DNA of 64,000 bases. Source: Acanthaster planci (taxonomy: Eukaryota). Position numbers and translations under genes: made by a program. The stretch spans positions 1,185,838-1,249,837 of the forward strand of contig NW_019091362.1 of the NCBI RefSeq assembly GCF_001949145.1, given 5' to 3'. This document shows, in pieces, positions 40,150-54,309 of this stretch (position 1 is its first letter; each line of letters opens with the position of its first letter). The notes beneath the pieces were generated by a model. The model saw only the letters and a program-made list of their open reading frames with translations. It had not been told where the DNA came from and did not search any database.

Positions 40150-40380
40150 AACCTAATACCATCAACTACATGGCGTTTACAATATAGACGATGAGGTCAT
40201 ATATCTAAACAAAAATAAATCTAACCTCCCGTGACCGTGAGTGTGTACGGTGAATATTCGTCACTACCTCCATGGTTAGACTGTATTATTGTTTTCCTGC
40301 CTTCTTGGTCACAGTATCTTCATTGATAACAACTTCGTAAAAGTCTGAAGACCGTATTAGTTAATTCCCGTGGTAAGTTC
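40150..40380. promoter_or_regulatory. Putative bidirectional promoter / non-coding first exons of the unknown gene and CHMP2A
   Basis: Plus-strand donor GTG|GTAAGT at ~40372 pairs with acceptor CCAG| at 42370 just before the CHMP2A ATG. Minus-strand donor GAG|GTTAG at ~40225 and acceptor TTTCAG| at 39886 lie before the unknown gene's ATG. CpGs are locally retained. Confidence 0.45.
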
Positions 40381-40522
40381 AGCTATAGAGCAAAGTGTTC
40401 AATGTATACGAGCAAAGTTACGAGATTAATTTAACCACAGGGAGTGGAGACCAGGGCCACCCCAGCATACACTTGATGCTTTATGCACAAACCTATGAGA
40501 CTTGTCAGAAAAAAAAAACAAC

Positions 40523-40898
40523 TTAGGCCTAGGCTAAGTGTTTTTTAAGTAGATGCTTTGGGATTTTCTAAATTAAACATTACTTTTAGGACACATTGTG
40601 GAAAGAGTTCCATATATGGACGCCACTTGACACCCCGAGCACAAACCCTGTGAGCTAGATCTGAAAACTTCGAAGTCAACCTGGAATGGTTCAAGTGTTT
40701 TTTCAGTAAACCACTTCGTATTTTCCCTCCTAAATTGAACTTTTCTAGACGTGTTTATGCTTTTTGATGGCTAATAGGTGACTGTAGGGAATAATCACTG
40801 GTGTCCATATATGGAACTCTTCCCAAGGCGATCACTTTTTGATGGCTGTTGTAGCATTTTAAGGGAAAATTAGTGTTGGCCGCACTAGCCTAGGCCTA
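40523..40898. mobile_element. Palindromic MITE
   Basis: TAGGCCTAGGCTA..GAAAGAGTTCCATATATGGACGCCA is inverted to TGGTGTCCATATATGGAACTCTTC..TAGCCTAGGCCTA. Confidence 0.7.
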
Positions 40899-41774
40899 CC
40901 CCTAAAACTGTGGAGTCTGACGTCTGATCGCTCCATCAGATCCCACAGTTCTGGGGGTATTGTCCGTAAATGTCTGTGTAAAATATAGAATTGTTTCCTG
41001 CCCTAAACTAAGCCTTAGATTCAATTTCAGTTTTTCCTTTTTTACACAAACACAAACGGGAATGCATTTATATTCACCTCAAATGCATCTTGAGTTCGAT
41101 GATGGTCGCACACTGCATACATGTGCAGCTCTTGTCCTTTGAAAGCCTTAAAAGGAAGGCTGCCAAGCTTGTATTTGATGCGGTATGCGCTGCCTGTGCC
41201 TGCATGTCTTTACAGTCGTCGAACGACAACCAGAGTTCCAGCAGTGGCACGCGCACAGCATGTAAGTATTGCACCGCGCAGTGAACTTTCTGAACACGTA
41301 TTTCAGGTGAGTTGATTTGTGCAGGCGTATGCAGGCAGTTAGCGTGCTGAGCACATAAGCCTTGTATTCAAGACTATCATGTCAGTCAATGGTTCCCTAT
41401 TGCAGAGATTGTATGAATAGGTTTATTTTACGTAACAAGCCGGAAACCAACTACATCATGGTTGTGCAACCATGATTGTTTTCACAGGATAAGCTGTTGA
41501 TCAATGTGTACAATGTATTGTGCACGGTTTGGAGTAAAAAAATCTCATACATCATGCTACATATGTACAGATTTTGTCAAAACATGGAAATATTTAAAAT
41601 GGCGGAAAAAACGGACAACTTAAAAGTCATTGAATGAAAGGTGCAGAATAAGTGGAACTAGATATGGCTGCAAGCGAAGAGAACCCCGGTCATTATGTGC
41701 TTCGGTCACTTCACTTGGTGGTTGCACTCGATGCTATTTGCCACAATTACAAAAGTTCCAGTTCTCTGGTTGTA

Positions 41775-41900
41775 GTCAAGACCAGGCAGTCCGAGACCAA
41801 GACTGAGACCAAGACAAACAGTCCAAGAATAAGACTAGACCCGAAAGCGTAATCCAAGACCACAACCAAGACCGATAGTCTGAGACAAAGACCAAGACCG
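41775..41900. repeat. CAAGAC/GAGAC short tandem array (transposon subterminal-type repeats)
   Basis: About 12 degenerate CAAGAC(C)/GAGAC units. Confidence 0.6.
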
Positions 41901-42410
41901 AAATTATCTCTGTGTGTTGACCAAATACAGTGAGCATTAAGCCTGGGTATGGGGTACCTGAAGAACTCCAAGTCACTTCCCCGTACGACTTTGAGCCGTT
42001 GTTTACATGGGGTTGTAACGCTATGTACATGTATTTGTTTTTAATTGAGCTCTTGAGGTAAATGATCTGGTTACACAGATTCCACTTTAACATTCAAATT
42101 TCCTGGTAACACCAACCTTGAGGCACCTGTAGCTCTTGAAAATGGTGTACCAGAGGTTTCAGACCATGAGACTAAACTTTGTATTTTTTGAAAAGTCTGA
42201 CACTTTTACTCACCAATCTCTTGTTTCACCCGACGATGATTGCACCGGTTGTGTTTACCACGTTTCATTCTCCTTTTTCATTTTTTTTTTAGTGAATATG
42301 ATGTTTGTGGAGAGCTAATGATACGTTTTTAGACATAACCATAATACTCTTATTTGATTTCCCCCTCCAGGATTGTTTTACGTAATTGTCACCCTCATCC
42401 GCTTCCAACA

Positions 42411-45400
42411 ATGTCATTCCTTTTCGGAAAAAAGAAGACACCAGCAGAAATGCTGAAGCAAAACCAGAGGGCCTTAAATAGAGCCATGAGGGAGCTGGAT
42501 AGGGAACGGACGAGGATGGAAGGCCAGGAGAAAAAGGTCATCGCAGATATCAAGAAGATGGCCAAGCAAGGACAGATGGTAAGCAAGCTTTTGGGATAGC
42601 AAAATAACACAATTCAGCTATTTTTTTGGAATTATCTACAGCAGAGCCTGATTTCCCTCGCAATGCAACGCAGGACTAAGCTGCTTTGGTTGGCATGTTT
42701 TGTGGTACACTGCCCCAAGTAACTGAGTCAGACTTGAGTGTCAAATCAAACGCTGTCGCAGTTGCAGGACTGAGTTGAGGGAGGCATACATGTTAAATTG
42801 TATGCACTGACAGTATAGGTCAGTACAACTGACCATTGCAAGAAAATACCAATTATGTTTATTTCACAAGCAATACCCTGATATGGCCAGGTACCTGTGA
42901 CGTATATTCCCAATCCCTCAAATGTCTTTGAAATGGAACAATTTCTGAAAATTTTGTTCACCGAGGACAGGATTAAACATTCTTTGCCATGTCCTGGAGG
43001 CTGTCACTTGAGGGCAGTTGACTAATCACAGCACATTTAAATTTCATCAGAATGCTTGTTGGCTGATCTGCTCAGGAAGCAGTTGTATGAAAATATTTTA
43101 CCGTTTATGTGCATGGAGGAAGATGTGTGGAATAGTTTGATGAATTAGTAAATGGATTGTTAATTAAGCTACCCAAGTTAGTGAATGGAATGTAATGGGT
43201 AATGGATTGTATTCATGTGTCAGCCATCTTGAACTCAAAGGGAAATCAACTTTTCATTTTTGGAACCGAGAGCAAATAACAGCAATAGAATAAAAGTTCA
43301 TTACAATTCATGCCAGTTTACGTTTGGAATAATGTAAATTTTGTGATGAATTATATCTAAATTATATTAGAATATATTATATTTGAGAGTTTTAAGCCAC
43401 ATTCAAAACACTGAAAGGGAGACTTGGAACCCAACATGGTCTGGCACCAACCCTATTTAACAGATTACATTATATACTGTATGATAGATTCAGGGAACAG
43501 GATCACAAATGGCTTCCCTGTGAATAAATGGCTTCACCTAATGAGGTGACATTTGCCAGTTTGAATGACCAGTTCGTTGCAAACATTGAACTTCATTTAT
43601 GTCTTTTGTTCTTCCAAGGACGCAGTCAAGGTAATGGCTAAAGACTTGGTCAGGACTCGAAGATACGTCAAGAAGTTCATCATGATGCGAGCCAACATCC
43701 AGGCCGTCTCCTTGAAGATCCAAACCCTGAGATCCAACCAGGCCATGACTGATGCCATGAAGGGGGTGACAAAGGCTATGCAGGCCATGAACAGACAGGT
43801 GGGTGGGTAAGAGCCAGGCTAGCTTTGATTGCTGCAGGATTGCAGTAGTCAGTGGTCACCATTCACTTTGGTTTAACCCTCCTGTGGTTTAACAGCACAG
43901 ATATGCACGAATGCCAACAGTCACTCTTGTGCATGTGTTGTCTTTATGGAACACACACATGCACAGGTTCAATGTGCATACGGTTGGTTGCTGGCACAAA
44001 ATGACCAGGGTCTTTTGTGCCGTCCTCTTCACTGCAGTTGGTTTACTGCACAATGATGCACATGAAACAGTGAAGCACAGTTGTTGGGTAGCACAAAAGT
44101 GCAATCTGATATTCCTGTGAGGGATAGTTGGTGCAGTGCACATCATGACACAGCTGTGCATCTTTGTGCAGCTTACCAACTCACCCAAATTATGACTTCA
44201 GCATAGTTTAAGGAATTGTCCAAAGTTCTACTGCGTGTCTTCTATGTTAAGTCAAAGTGTAATCTCCATAAGAACCCCTTCAAACTACCTAAATACACCA
44301 GTTTTGCCTTCCAGTGGTCCAGTAAAGTCTTTGTTCAAGATCTGCACACTATAATAACATACTGCTCAAATTCTTCCACATCTCTACGTTGTATGCCAAG
44401 TGAAAGGCCCAAAAGTTCTAAACAGCATTCACTCCATGGAGGAACAAGAAATAACATGCTTTTAAATGTAGACTGTAGTGATGATCCTTACTTGAAAACC
44501 GCATGTTTATGCACATTTGCACATGTGCGCCGAGCACATGAATCATCCTGGGTTGGAAAATTTCCCATGAGCCAGTCTCTTCCTCGGTGGTGAGGGAGTG
44601 CTTCAGGCAGGGGCGGAACTTAACCAGAGGGGAAATTACAGCCAGACAGCTGTCACTTTCTGACTGTTTATCTTCACATGAACCCATCTGACCTTTGTAC
44701 ATGGCAGACTAATACCTGATGAGGTCGAAAACGTTTCGTTGTTACATTGAATTCATTCGGGTTTTTTCAGCAGCAATTAAAAAGGAAATCAATACGGCCA
44801 TAAGGTGGATGTTGACGGAATTAGAACACTACAGCTTCCATGACCAATAAGGTTCTGTCTCTTCTCACTTGAAACAGTTGAAGCTACCACAAATTCAGAA
44901 GATCATGATGGAATTTGAGAAGCAGTCTGAGATTCTGGACATGAAGGAGGAGATGATGAATGATGCGGTTGACGATGCTCTTGGCGATGAGGAAGATGAG
45001 GAAGAAACGTGAGAGAAACTCAAAACCGCCACCTTTGCTAAATGCCATTAACCCATCTAGGGTTTAACAGCACAGATATGCATGAATGCTAACAGTCACT
45101 CTTGTGCATGTGTTTTTACATGGAACACAAATATGCACGGGTTCAATGAGCATACGGTTGGTTGCCGGCACAAAATATCACAGGGTCTTTTGTGCCGTCC
45201 TCTTCACTGCAGTTGGTTTACTGCACAATTATGCACATGAAACAGTGAAGCACAGTTGTTGGGCAGCACAAAAGTGTAATCTGATATTCCTGTGAGGGAC
45301 TGTTGGTGCAGTGCACAGCATGACACAGCTGTACATCTTTGTGCAGCTTTCTAATTGACCCAAAGAGCGACTTCAGCAGAGGCAGGTTAAAGGTGCAAAG

Positions 45401-46945
45401 CACTGTAATGGCCATTATAAAGAGGAACATGCACATGTACCATGTGGTTTGGTTTCTTTTAGTTCTTCATGTTTCTGTTACCAGGATTTCATGGTGTTTG
45501 TAACTGTCAACCAGTGCCACCCCCGGCAGAAGTCCATGCCCCTCCCACAGCCCAGAAGTCCATGCCCCTCCCCCAGTTCCTCCCTTTCCCTTTGAAATTT
45601 TGAAGCTATACTGTACAGGCTGCACTTCGTCTGCTTTCAGTGCCCCGTTGAAAAAATGTGTGCCCCCCCCCCGAAAAAAAAATCCTGTGACACTACTGCT
45701 GACAACCTGTTATCAGGGTTGACTCCACACAAAAATCATAGATGGTTTGATCACTCATAAAAACTGGTTTGAATGAGACATTGTGTGACGTGAGATGTAC
45801 TGAACTGGTTTTCATTTGAATGTGTACAAACTCATTGCTTCTTTTCTAGAGCCCTGGGTGCACACAGGAATTGGTGTTCCATTTCAGACCTGTTTCTCTC
45901 TGCCGTCACTAATAGGGGAATGGAAATGTATATTTGCGTGGTGATTTCTTGCTCTTTTAGAATTCGCTTGGCTCATCACAGAAGCAGTCGCAAAGGAAAG
46001 CCAAAATTATTCAGTGTGACTATGCATTCATTTCTCACTGCATCATTTGTCTCCTTTTAGCGATGCCGTCGTGTCTCAAGTCCTGGATGAGCTTGGCCTT
46101 GTGCTCACTGATGAACTCACCGGTAAGTTGTTTGCACTAGTATGTTATCTTTTCATGTTCATTTAAAACGCACAGAGGTTGTCAAGGGATGGAAATGGTT
46201 TATACACTGCACATTACAATGACACAAGGGCAGAGAATGTGTGCAGTTAAATCTTAATGCTCGTTAGATTTCGGTGCCCAAAATTGACGATCTCGTATTC
46301 AAAACAGTTTATAGTTTACATGCAGTCGAAGCCCTTAATATTGCTGAAATTGTATTGGCTGTAGTTTGTTTTGATAGAGCTGCCCTCCTTGTCGCATCAA
46401 TTTAGTTCTCACAAGTACATGTGCATAACCACATAAATGATTTGAAGACTGGGTCAGATCAGAGGCCGTGATGTCAACAGACTGGCCATCCTCGGAGGCT
46501 AGACTTTCCACTTTAATTTATACAAACTAGGCTCCGCCTGGCCAAAATGTTTGTTATAACTTTGTGGTACGTGGAGTGCCTGTCTCATTCGTTTCAATCA
46601 CACGTAAAGCACACTTTAGAACAGGGCTTTATGTGTCGGTATGAGCAAGAGTCAGCTATGTCCAGAGAGAGAGAATGCCGCTGTAAGAGACAAGAGAATG
46701 GAACGGTATTGCTTGTGTCCTTGAGCAAGCCATGCAGACGTTTACAGCTTTATTCCAAATTGGAACAAGATGCGCAGTTCATTTGGATTTTAGAAGAGAG
46801 ATCTGTTTCTTTTTTGCCAACAGCGATTCCAGGAACGGGTGGTGCGCTGACACAGAAGGCGGAGCCAGCGAAGCAAGCCGTAGCAGAGGGAGGGGGAGAG
46901 GACGATGACCTTCAGGCCAGATTAGATAATCTCAGAAGAGAGTGA
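42411..46945 (+). CDS. CHMP2A: Charged multivesicular body protein 2a (ESCRT-III, Vps2)
   Basis: Exons 42411-42578 (MSFLFGKKKTPAEMLKQNQRALNRAMRELDRER..KMAKQGQM), 43619-43798 (DAVKVMAKDLVRTRRYVKKFIMMRANIQAVSLKIQTL..), 44878-45008 (LKLPQIQKIMMEFEKQSEILDMKEEMMNDAVDD..), 46061-46122, 46824-46945 (..DDDLQARLDNLRRE*, MIM1 motif). All GT-AG and in phase. Confidence 0.97.
43877..44207. mobile_element. TTAA-CCC piggyBac-like MITE; second direct copy at 45052-45386
   Basis: About 330 bp, highly similar copies in CHMP2A introns on either side of coding exon 3, both starting TTAA|CCC. Confidence 0.8.
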
Positions 46946-49900
46946 GTCTTGATCTCCCCCCCCTCGCATTAAACCCCATCCTCTGTTCTCCTACGTAAGT
47001 CCTTCCCTCCCTAGCCCAAAAACCTGTGGGTAGTAAAGATTAGTTTATATCTTATGAGATGTTGAGAGCAAATAAAAATTGCCATGGTAACCATGCACTT
47101 CTCAGATTTTTATCGTAACGTTTTCTTTGGTCTTAAATTGACCTGAACTTTGAATTACTTAACTCACAACTTCGCTAAGCCAAAAACGGGTTACCGGTTC
47201 AAAATGCTGTGTGACGCACATGCATGTGCATGTGAAACTAGTTCTCAGCTCTAAATGTGGGGTAAATTTGCTATCTATCTAGCAAAATTTTGTCCTACAA
47301 CCGTTTGGAATTATGCTCCAGACTTGTTCAAGCTGTAATTGTATATCACAGTGCTCATGCAGACGTCTTTTTGAGTTGTACAATGTAGATAAAAATGACT
47401 TGTTTATGCATCGGATGCTGTAACTTTTACACAGATTCATTGGCTTAAATACTGCCCTCTTTTGATGGCAGGTGGATTTAGTGGCATGCTAGTAAGAGTG
47501 TAAGCAGTTTATTTTAAATTATTTTTGAAAAAGAGAAGTAATCATTTTCTGTCGCAGTTTCATTTTTAACCAGAGGGGAGGCAAGCTGCCTTACAAATTT
47601 GGTAAAATAGAATTAATTTATTGGGGATGATGGAAAATGCAGTCTGATGTCATTAATAAGCAAATTGAGGGGACACACTTTGGGTCACCTTAGGGTTTTT
47701 GCTGTAGTAATGGGACACTTGTTTTAAACAATACAAAGCTGTAAAATCTATGAATAATTACTGTTTCCCTCGAGGAGAGACTCGCCTCAAGTTTGGAATG
47801 TACATTGCCTTGAACAGAACATTGAAGGAGTCCGCAAAAGAACTCTTTAGTCAGAGCTCTTTTATCATTTGAAATTGTTCACAGAAATTGCATCCCCTGT
47901 TCATCTCATTTGTTCTCTGCTTTGACTTATTGTAAATATGAGACAGATTTCATTTATGAATTGAAAGCTAGAGTTGGCATTGAGTCAGTCTTGAGTCGCC
48001 ATAAGTCACCCGAAGTCGGTCAAAAGTCATTCAAAGTCAACTCACAAGCTGTTTCAATGAACTTGGACAAAAGCAACCCTTTCTCATTGCTAATTTCTTT
48101 AGTTCTAACTTGATTTGGGAACTGACTTGTGGACTGACATGATTTCAACTCTGACCAAAGCCAACGCAATGTAACATGCATCAAATGTAGCTACATCCGA
48201 ATTTTATCAGTTTTCATGTCAACTTGTCAAGTATTTTGTGAATCAGAAAATAAAGTAAACTTTTGTAAATAGCAACCCGTCTCCAGTTTGATTTACACTG
48301 TACAAAATACAGACAACACTTTTTCCTAATATTCATAGTATTTTATTTTTCCGTAGCAAATGCCGTACAAAAGAGCACATTCTCTGGCCATTAATCCAAA
48401 AGTATAAAAACCTATATGGCAGAGCAGCAAGAGCTCCCATTCAAAATTCAACAATTCTAACCACTGTAACTGCACAAAAAGTGCTTTTGCATGAACCTCC
48501 ACCGTCGCAACATTTAGCCGTGCTTTAACCTCGTTACCTCACGCATTGTACCTGAAAAAAGATAAACACTGCACTGGTTTTTTACATGTAAAGTTTGGCA
48601 CATTCAAAATATGTCTGTGGTGTTTGATTTTTTTGAACCTGCCCATTTCCAACCCCACGATCCAGTTACAGATGACCACAGGTGCACTGACTTGGTGGGA
48701 GAAAAAGCTAGTGAGAACAAGGGGCAGACATCAATTGGACTCCAACCCTGTAGTTCCTGCCCAACCACCCACCAAGCTTGGATAAGAAGGCTATTTCATA
48801 TTTGACATAGCTACTGGGTGCCACAATGAACACGGTGTATTTTCATGCCAATCCAAAATGGAGATGTTTAACTGCAGTAGGGTTCTACCATCAGTTAATC
48901 TTGTGTGATGTGGGCAGTACAATCGGTCCCACTCAAATGACCATAGTCTTAGCATGACAAAGTCCAACTGGTGCTTGCATACTTCACTGATTACAAATGG
49001 TGCCATTTCACGCAGTTATTTTGTCAGTCGTTCCCTGTGTATTTCATGACAAAACGGGGCTCAGACAGGGCAAGTTCAATGACATCCATTTGTCAACTAC
49101 TGGTCGAGTTTGCCTGGTACCCAGAATGTAGGCTACCAGGGAAACTCAGTGGTTAACAAATGGTTGTCGCTTCAACTTGCATTCTAGTTCTAAATAGTTA
49201 ACTAGAAAGTTCAACCATGCAGTGTAGTAAAACAATTAGCCAAGCTGCAGTTAGATACAGGTAATTATGCCTACACCACAATAAACTTTGGGAACGCACG
49301 TCACATGCTTTAAAATACTACCCTTTCGCTGTGATTTTTGCTGTTCATGTTGGGTTAAGAAATGTCGCAATCCCTTCAACACACACAAATTCAATACTTT
49401 CATATGCCACATCCTTCATATCGTAGTGGAACCATCCTGTCACTAGCCTGCTTTTGTACATGTAATTATTTATATCATGTTTACAAGCCAAATTTACAGC
49501 TCCAGAGTAAAACACCACTTACAAACTCTTTGCCAGCTAGAGACCTACACGTTACATGAACTTTTCCACTTGGCCCACCAACCTGACAAATGTCGCTTCA
49601 TGAAATTAAACCTTTAAACCATTATTGCACAGTTACAACACCATACCATCTCTACCAAAAATTTCTCCACAATAAAATGGTCAACTTTTCCTTTTCTGCC
49701 GTCTTGCCATTTCACAGCGTCCTCGTACTTGGTTCAGGATTAAATCACCTGACCAAAATAACCTGTATTTTTGCAAGTGATAACGTTCCTAGTCAGTAGT
49801 GGTCTCTCCTATGCTATATCAATAATGGTTTATGATTCAGTTACTGTTTTAACATGAATTGCCAAATATATGAAGGCATATGCAGTCATTAAAGAACGCC

Positions 49901-52771
49901 TCATATCTGCCTTAAATATGTACTACTGATATATTTAAAATTGATAAAAAATGGCTAGGTCAATAATAATGGTCCCTTTACATGCAACACCATTTCATCC
50001 TGACAATGGTGGATTAAGGAAAGGCCACATCTGCCTTTCCCCAAATGTACTTGTTTTAATTTTTATTTTTCAGTTGATATAAATACTTCTATTTGGGCAC
50101 GGCTAGGTACATGTACATTGTTTACAGAGAGCAGCAGCATTTTGTAACTCTACTTTTCAGCCAGGCTTGTTTAGTTCTCCGACTTTCTTCTTAACCCCTC
50201 GATGACGGGAACTTTTTTCTGAAAGCCAACTCCGAGAATTCCAGCCTCGCTTGGCCACGAAGGCCACCTGCCAAACTGCAAATTCTCGGTTTGTGGCCTG
50301 TGTTCTCTGCACGCTTTGAATTACACAGTGAAAAGGCTCATTGTTCAGTGGCATGCAGCTCTACTCACGCTTCCACATTCCCATTGCCTCTTTTTAAAGT
50401 GGGATTATTGTGAAGCTGGTGATTATGATGCAAATTCGGTCTTTTCATTTCTTGGCAACACACAAAGGCCAATCACCATATATACAAGAGCCAGGGTATG
50501 CCTTCTTTCACTGTGTTCGCTCGAGCGTGGGCCAAGATTAATCGCTGAAAAGCGGGCTGAGGATCTCAATTTTTACGGCAGCTCTTACCGTCATCCGTCG
50601 TGAAGGGGTTAATTCAAGTTCAAGATCCCTCTTTCCCAGATAACAATCTTTACAGGACTGCAGGATCCCTTATTGGCTTTACGTGGTTTAGTGTTCCGTT
50701 ACCTTTATCTTTTTTTCTGGTAGCAAAACAATACGGGCGATTCACAAATCACAATCACGATGCACAAAATCTGTCGACCCAATGTGCGTTTGGAACAGAT
50801 CGACAGATTTTGCACACTGTGATTGGCCAACGCGTTGGAAACTCTTGGAGGCACACTATTGCAAATCGCCAGTATGACGGTCCTCAAAACTCCTTCACAT
50901 TTACAGGTACATGTAACTTGCAGCTGTCAGCACCTCAAGAATTTAATCATTAAAAAAGAAAGAATGTGGTAGAAACAGAAAGCAGGTAATATTTTATAGG
51001 GCACGGGGATTTAACTGCCTGCTGGCAATAAACCACATTTTGGCAGGTAAAAGTCCTTTCTTCAATGCATATACATGTACTTAATAAACTAGGCAAATAG
51101 TTCCCTTTTACTTAATGTAAACCATATTTCATAAACAAATGTATATTTAAAATGGTACACTGGTACTAAAAACTCTGCAGTGTAGTAAAAGCTAGGTACA
51201 CAGAACAAAATTAGATTTCTTCAAAGGACGCTGACATTTTGGCAGTTATAAATTGTTACATAAAGGTTCACTCTTAAGTTGAAAGATTTAAAAAGATGTA
51301 CGTACATGTTACCACGATGCTGTCATCCGTGAAAAGCGTTATTGTTGGCAATAGAAAATTTGGTCGACTTCAAGGAAGACCAGTCTTGGATGTAAAAAAG
51401 AGGTTAATGCCACAAAAGTGACGTTACAAAATGAATTGAGAGAAGCTATGGATTTGATCTGTGCATGCACTAAACAACGGCACTGTGCAGGCCAATAATG
51501 ACCATATCTGAATTACTTGTCTATAAACAGAAAAAAAACCGTGTTACTTCCAGTCATTAGCCAAATGACTTGGGTGAAGTCAATGCGAGAGAGTAGAGGA
51601 CACTTGCATTTAGACTGAAATCCTGACTTCCTATCACACAATACACATGCATACCGGGATAGGCAACAGCCTCAAAGGTTTTGAAATTGTATACATGTAG
51701 GTCTTTGCACATTGACAGATGGCCTAGTTCTGACCTAAATGTACATGTCGTTTTCACAAACGCTTACACATCGAATGCCCATGAGTTGATCCCACCTCAG
51801 GGGTCATATGAATGTCATGCTACTCATTCTCATAATGTCTCTATTGATCTCAAGGCTCTGCTGAAACATACATACGTGTCTTTACATTTGGGAATCCCTG
51901 TCTGCATATCAGAGAAGTCAAGATTTCTGAGAAGTCGCCAGTTATGTTCTGCAACTGTACCACAGAGCCAGGGGCAGGCCTTCATGTACATGTACACAAA
52001 CATACATGTATTATATTGTCTAATACTGAACGGCAGTTTGATAGGTATTACTTTTCTCATAAGCACCATCATATCCATGCCCCTCAGACAAAGTTAAATT
52101 TTCCAGTCACCAATATGATATTTCAAAGGTTCCGATTTGAATTTATATATACCACAATGACGGAAACAACTCCAAATTAGCACATCAAAATTGTCAACAG
52201 GCACGGCATGCAGACGGCATGTTACTTGCGTACTACTACGGGGCACAATGATGTCCTACTATATTGACACACTTGTGGGCACGCACTATTGCCCAGACTT
52301 TCACTGCATTTGAGACAATTTCTCTTGTCAGGAAAGTTGAGACCCAGTTAAGTTGTGAGGACATTAAGTGTCCCTTCAATGTTTTTGGCCCTTACAAATG
52401 TCTGTTTATCACCTGTGTAGTCCCTCAACGGCAGAACAAGTACATGTATGTGAGTATATTTCCTGATCTAATACAGATAAGGTTAAATCCCCTTGGGTCT
52501 GTAATTGGGTGTCATGCGCAAAACACAAGGGGCAACCATCAAAGTTTGACCCAGCACCTCTTCCCACGGACACAGATTGCCCAGGAAAGCCCACTCATCA
52601 CATGCTTTATGTACCTGTACATGTACACAAATCACAATCCATCATTATGACAGCACTGTGGTCAAGTCCGTCACCAGTCCCTGGAAGTCCATCAAAGGTT
52701 GTCCTGACTTTAGCCCCAAATGATTCAATTGAATTGTGACAAAAGTATTCCTTTGTCATTAATTCACCCTG

Positions 52772-52822
52772 CTACTCATGGCTGGGACCTACTCATGGCT
52801 GGGACCTACTCATGGCTGGGAC
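52772..52822. repeat. 17-bp tandem repeat x3 (TACTCATGGCTGGGACC)
   Basis: Read directly from the sequence. Confidence 0.9.
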
Positions 52823-54309
52823 TTGTGAAAAGAGTTGTGGTAGAAACACCACTGATTCATGATACTATGTTCAAAGCCCAAGATCTCAGGAAAAAACCTA
52901 CATATTACACACTTTCAGAGAGCGATTTGGATCCCTAGAAACCTTTTTTTTACAAAAATGTACAGCACAATTTGTTTTTACATTGCACATATTTACTCAA
53001 GCACAAATTGCACAGCCTAACATTTAACTTTTTAACCAATGACAAAATGTGATAAAATATGAAACACAAAGGATGAAATTCTATGTCAGACAAAACCAAA
53101 AATATACCAATGTATATTTACCTAATTCTTTTCAAATAGTATTTATACCTTTAGTACAATCACGCTTTTAAGACCTGTTACGTACATGTAAATACCAGGC
53201 TCTAACAAAAGTTGCCCTTGTTTGAAAATTAATATACGTTTTGATGTACTCACAACAAATGTAATTACAAAAATTGCACAAAGCATGACGTAATAACCCA
53301 AACTTCTGAAAACTATCGAGGAACCTTCCTTTATCTTCAAAAACACCTTACTCTGCAGAAGATGAAAAGCATGTTTTCTGTACCTTATCTTGCAGGAGGA
53401 TCAAGGAACATGTACTAGTGGTTAGGCTCTACCTTCCTCAATCCTACAAAATCCTCCAAAACCTTGTCAAGATTGGAAGGTTAATGGAAACGAGTTTTCC
53501 ACACTCTTTGTAATATTAGACTTGAGTTACGACAATAAATCTCTTGGACATTCAAATCACTGCACAATCATGAAACAACTTTGCTGAAGGTACTCAATAC
53601 TTAGTCAAGACTGATGTTCTGTCTGAAAGAGAAGTGTAGCAATTTTCAAAGAAAAAAAAAGAGAATTACTTTTCCCAAAGGAGGTAGAACAAATAAAAAT
53701 TCGACAACAGCCTTCATTTTGGCGCAGTTCAAAAATAATTGACTTCATAACACTGATGACAGTGTCACATCAGCATAAAATATACATTTCACAGAAAATA
53801 AAATTTGTAGTTTTCATAGTTTTTCTCTCTTCCTGAAATGAAGTGGATTTGTTTCCTCCTTGAAGTTCTCTAACCTCACCAAATAAAACATTTCAGCTGG
53901 TAATTCTTTCATATTAAAATATGTATGAAATAAATTAATCCCATGGCTGGCTTTTAAGAACTCAAAAGAAAAGAGGATTTAAACGGAACACTATCAAGAT
54001 GCTATAACATGAACATATCGATGGATATCATATTATTTGATAAACTAGAAAATAGACGAGGGAGTTATAATTTCACAGCGATTTGTAACAATGTAAGGCT
54101 TCATATATTTACTTTACAAAATGTCGTTAATACTGCAAAACAATTGTCAAGTTTATTCCTCTGGTATAAAGCTTGCAGTTCTGTCTGCTCTGTGCACGGA
54201 TGTGGAGGCTAAAGGCAGGATAAATTTTTTTACAGAGTGTGACAAACAGCTACTACTGTCTAGCAAGGACAAAGTTGTTTTACAGACGACAAAACAGTGA
54301 CAGCCCTAA

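Noticed and set aside
41775..41900. Repeat array considered as CRISPR-like
   Set aside because: Units are 5-7 bp with no unique spacers, the context is eukaryotic, and there are no cas genes.
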